From the NCBI GenBank assembly GCA_040285825.1, contig JAUPSS010000002.1, positions 1,178,001 to 1,242,000 of the forward strand: a DNA stretch of 64,000 nt. Reading direction: 5' to 3'. The position numbers and the translations under genes are program-made. The first letter of the stretch is position 1, and each line of letters opens with the position of its first letter. Positions 60,400-64,000 of the stretch are shown in pieces. The notes under the pieces were generated by a model. The model was given only the letters and a program-made list of their open reading frames with translations. It was not told the DNA's origin and did no database searches. Origin of the DNA: Eukaryota sp. TZLM1-RC (Eukaryota > Protista > Metamonada: BaSk clade).

Positions 60400-63300
60400 T
60401 GCTACTTTCATTTTCGACCGACTTTAGAATTGACTGAACTGGATTGCGGTAATTCCATCCATCTTTTTGTCTTTCTGTTAGTCTCAACCTCGTAGAAGAG
60501 CTAGAAAAGACCGTCGAAAGGAGGGGAAAAAGTAGTGTTAGTCTTTACACTATTCTAGAGTGTAGATAGACTTATCTATTTATTCTCGTATATTAGCTTA
60601 ATGTTTATTGTTCATTCATGAAGACTTCACTAGTGATTGTATTGAAGTTCATTATAGCTCATTTTCCGTCGTAATAAATTACTCTCTCTATACATATGTC
60701 TAACCCTAGCCCACAGGCTTCAATAATTATTGGCCGTTCATCAGCTAACGAACAACAGGCTTCGCTGAATGCTGCCTCACCTTTGGGTGAAACCAACCTC
60801 GGCCGTAGGGATTCCGCCTCCCATCTCGCCAACAATCCTCAGGATTCAGAGGGGGACCCTCTCACTCCTGCCAAGGATTCTTTTTCTCCTGAAGAAGCCA
60901 ACGCAGACACCTCGAAAGGGGAGTCTACCTCTACGGATTCCAAGGAGTCGACAGATACTACTGGTCAGGTTCGTCTCTCCTCTACTTCTCCCAAGGTATC
61001 TACTCCTACTAAGTCCAAGTGGCAGTATACCATGGAGAAATTCCGTAAGGATTTGGAACTATGGAACTTCCTGGATCTACACGCCTTGAAGGTAGAGCTT
61101 GCTACTCGTGTCCCTAAGGACCACTTCGAGCAGTTCATGATTCAGATGTTTTTAAACGAGTCTCCTTCTCGGATTCCGTCGGTTGAAGAAGATGGAGACA
61201 ACTTTAAATTCTTGCTGATGCCCCAACCCTATGATCCACCGAGACTCATCCAGATTTGGATTGTCTCATGGATTTCTATCCATTCCGTATGGATAGAGAA
61301 TCAGCAGTCGAACCTAATCCAGGCCAAGTTTTCGCCGCTCGTAGTGCTTACGGTCAGGAGCTCTCGAGAGTATGGAACTCGTTGGAAAGCCATTCTACTC
61401 TCAGAAGCCTCCCAGCTAATCCCGAAACCACTGTCATACCTTCTCGTCAAGAGAAAGTAGCTGTTCATGGTGAGGATGAAGACGGTAACCCATGCGTTTT
61501 CTGGGTACCCAGGAGTCAAGTTTTATCTCCTGATCCCTCCATCCCCAAACTCCTCTCTGGAGATTTGTCCGTTTCGGATCTCGACACTTCTCCTCCCATC
61601 CTTCTCCCATCTAACGCGGTGGATTTCGACTCTCTTAGCATGCCTAAAAACAACATCCGAGTCCACCACCAAAATCAGGGACAGCCCCTCTCACTGTTTC
61701 CCTACAATCACTCGAAATCCCTCCAAACGCCTCTTAAATCCTTTGAACACATCTGACCCTGAATCTTCGAGTATCAATAGAATTTTTAGTTTGTCTTCTG
61801 TTTGTGCCAATAAATCTGTTAATTGTCCCAAGTTTTGGTTGCAGATCAATAACATAGTGGTATCTGGTCTTATTGATAGTGGAGCATCCATATCTGTCAT
61901 CTCAAGAGACCTATCCACAAAATGCAAGATGGAACACTACTCTGAATCTGTCAAATTTATTGGTGTTATCGGAGAACCATCAAACTCTGACATAAATGCC
62001 AAAGGAATCCTATCCTTCAATGTCGGTAGCATTGCCAAAGTTGTGCATCTTACCAAATCGTTCCAGGCATAACATTTTAATTATAGGAATAGACATTCTA
62101 TATGAACCGGGCCTCATGAACAACGACAGGGTATACATTCATCTCGACGAGCTTCACAGAACACTAATATTACCTGAATCTGAGTTTGACCACAGAATTT
62201 TACAGATATCTGACCTCAAGGTGTCAAAAACATTCAAAGATCACGTCAACTCGTCAGGTTGTCAAATAAAGCTCAACAATCAATCAGAAAATCAACAGCT
62301 CCTCGCAACTCTTGAAGAGTTCAAAGATGTTTTCACGTAGAAACTCCATGAAGACGGCATCGACTGTAACCCCATGGACATCGATTTTTACGATGAAGAC
62401 ACTGTTGTTTATCGTCCACCTCGCAGGTTAAACCCTGAACGACTCAAAATCGTCAACCAAATCTTCGATGAGTTAATCGAATCTGGTTTCGCCACAGAAT
62501 CCAACGGTAGATTCAGGTCCCCAGTCGTCCTTGTAGTTTATCCTGATCATCGGAAACCACGTCTTACAGGCGACTTCAGTGGTCCGAATGGAGTCAATGC
62601 GAACACTATCCCTATCGCTCCAAACCTCCAAAGATCTCTGATGTATTAGAGTTCTAATTTCAAGCCAATTACATTGGAACACTTGATCTCCCAAAAGCAT
62701 TTTGGCAACTCAAGATCAACGAAAGAGACATCGAGAAAACCACCCTCAGCATTCCTGGTCGCAGTATCAGCTTCAACAGGGCATGTTTCTGTCTCAAGAA
62801 CGTCCCCGCAGTGTTTCAAAACGTAATGTCCAACATCTTGAGCATCGAAGGCGTGTTTATCTACATCGACGATATCATTATCATAGGTAATACCCTTCCC
62901 CAATTGATCGACAGGCTCAAAGCCGTCCTCTTTCGCGCTAAAGAAAAACGGGTCAGCCTTGCCCTACCAAAAATGCCATTTCAAGTCTAAAGATCATGAA
63001 ATCAAGATTCTCGGTAGTATCTTCGTCAATGGTACACGCCAAATCGATCCCTCACGACTAACTGGATTGGTCGAGCTTCCAGCTCCCAAGACAGTGAAAG
63101 ACGTCAGAAGTTTTGTAGGATCCATCAACTACATTAGAGACTGGCTGCCTTCGGTATCCGAAATCATATCTCCTATCAACGAGCTTACTAGAGGAAACCC
63201 CCGCCGTATCGAGTGGACCTCAGATCATGAACGCCGTTTCAACAAGATCAAGCAACTCGTACAAGAGAATATGCCATTGAGTTTACCCCCAACAGATAAC

Positions 63301-64000
63301 CGTGTCCTTATTAGTTGTGACGCATCAGACATTGCTATTGGCGGCGTCATCTTGGAAGAATATGATCCTTGTGAACACAATGGCACTCCTCTCATTGACC
63401 GAAAGGTCAGACCTATCAGTTTCTTCAGCAGGATTCTCTCCAATTCCCAAAAGAATTGGTCAACGATGCAGAAAGAGCTTTAGGCTATACTTCTCATCCT
63501 AACAGAATCATGCATCGAGAGTTACCTCAAAAGCAGGAAGCTCACGATATTGACAGATCACAGAAACATCTCATATCTAGTAACAGCCCCTGATAAGAAT
63601 CGAATTGTCGCACGTTGTTTACCAATACTCAGTGAGTTCGACTTCGAGTTGGTACACACCTCGGGGGAAGACAAATACTGGGCAGACATGCTATCCAGAC
63701 AGGTCCCAACGACCGATCCTGTACGCATAAACACAATCAACACAGGCAACACTCGTTCATCAGCGAGCGAGACCACCTATGAACCGTTTCACCCAATCTA
63801 TTATATCAGAAACTATAATCCATCAGACGACTCTGCTCTTCCAGACCCAGACGACCTTCGGGATACTCACAAAATCCTCATTTTATAAGAGAAATGTGCA
63901 TCTGCAATCCCCATGTTCGATCCTTGGTTGAGTAGAATCCGTTCAGAGCAAAGACAAGCTGTTGCAGCTCACGAACGTTCATTTAATAACTGTTCCGTCA
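60400..64000 (+). mobile_element. Degenerate Ty3/gypsy element (gag 60696-61756; pol ~61740-64000)
   Basis: LIDSGAS protease, SPVVLV..KPRLTGDF, YIDD (~62863), SCDASD RNase H, TDHRNI; multiple stops and frameshifts; related to the element at 1-5950. Left boundary approximate. Confidence 0.9.

Overview
AT-rich, compact eukaryotic (protist-like) DNA. About 14 host genes sit as short islands in a dense mobile-element landscape: DENR/Tma22, a Rho/Rac GTPase, RPL23, RPL9, PKA regulatory subunit, a cyclin-box protein, DDX11/Chl1, a thioredoxin-fold protein, a 71-aa Cys-motif mini-protein, GRWD1/Rrb1, DNA ligase IV and three hypotheticals, plus tRNA-Ala(TGC). The five introns I could reconstruct are 28-32 nt GT-AG. 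Mobile content: two Ty3/gypsy LTR retrotransposons at the window edges, one near full-length and more than a dozen truncated CRE-like (RT + restriction-like endonuclease, RLE) non-LTR elements from several subfamilies, a pogo DD35D transposon, two TIR MITE-like elements, and six Fanzor/TnpB-like loci from about four families. The most notable signals are: (i) two diverged Fanzor copies sharing the same stop that removes RuvC-III while keeping a hairpin-rich omegaRNA region (candidate natural nuclease-dead Fanzor); (ii) two copies of another Fanzor right end stopping 12-17 nt before host start codons; (iii) a hydrophobic tandem-repeat cassette ending in a 2A/StopGo motif and flanked by an imperfect 22-bp direct repeat; (iv) a pogo insertion at nt 9 of tRNA-Ala with a ~297-bp duplication that keeps the tRNA intact. 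All calls come from motif recognition by eye; no searches were run, TE boundaries are approximate, and subfamily letters are my own labels.
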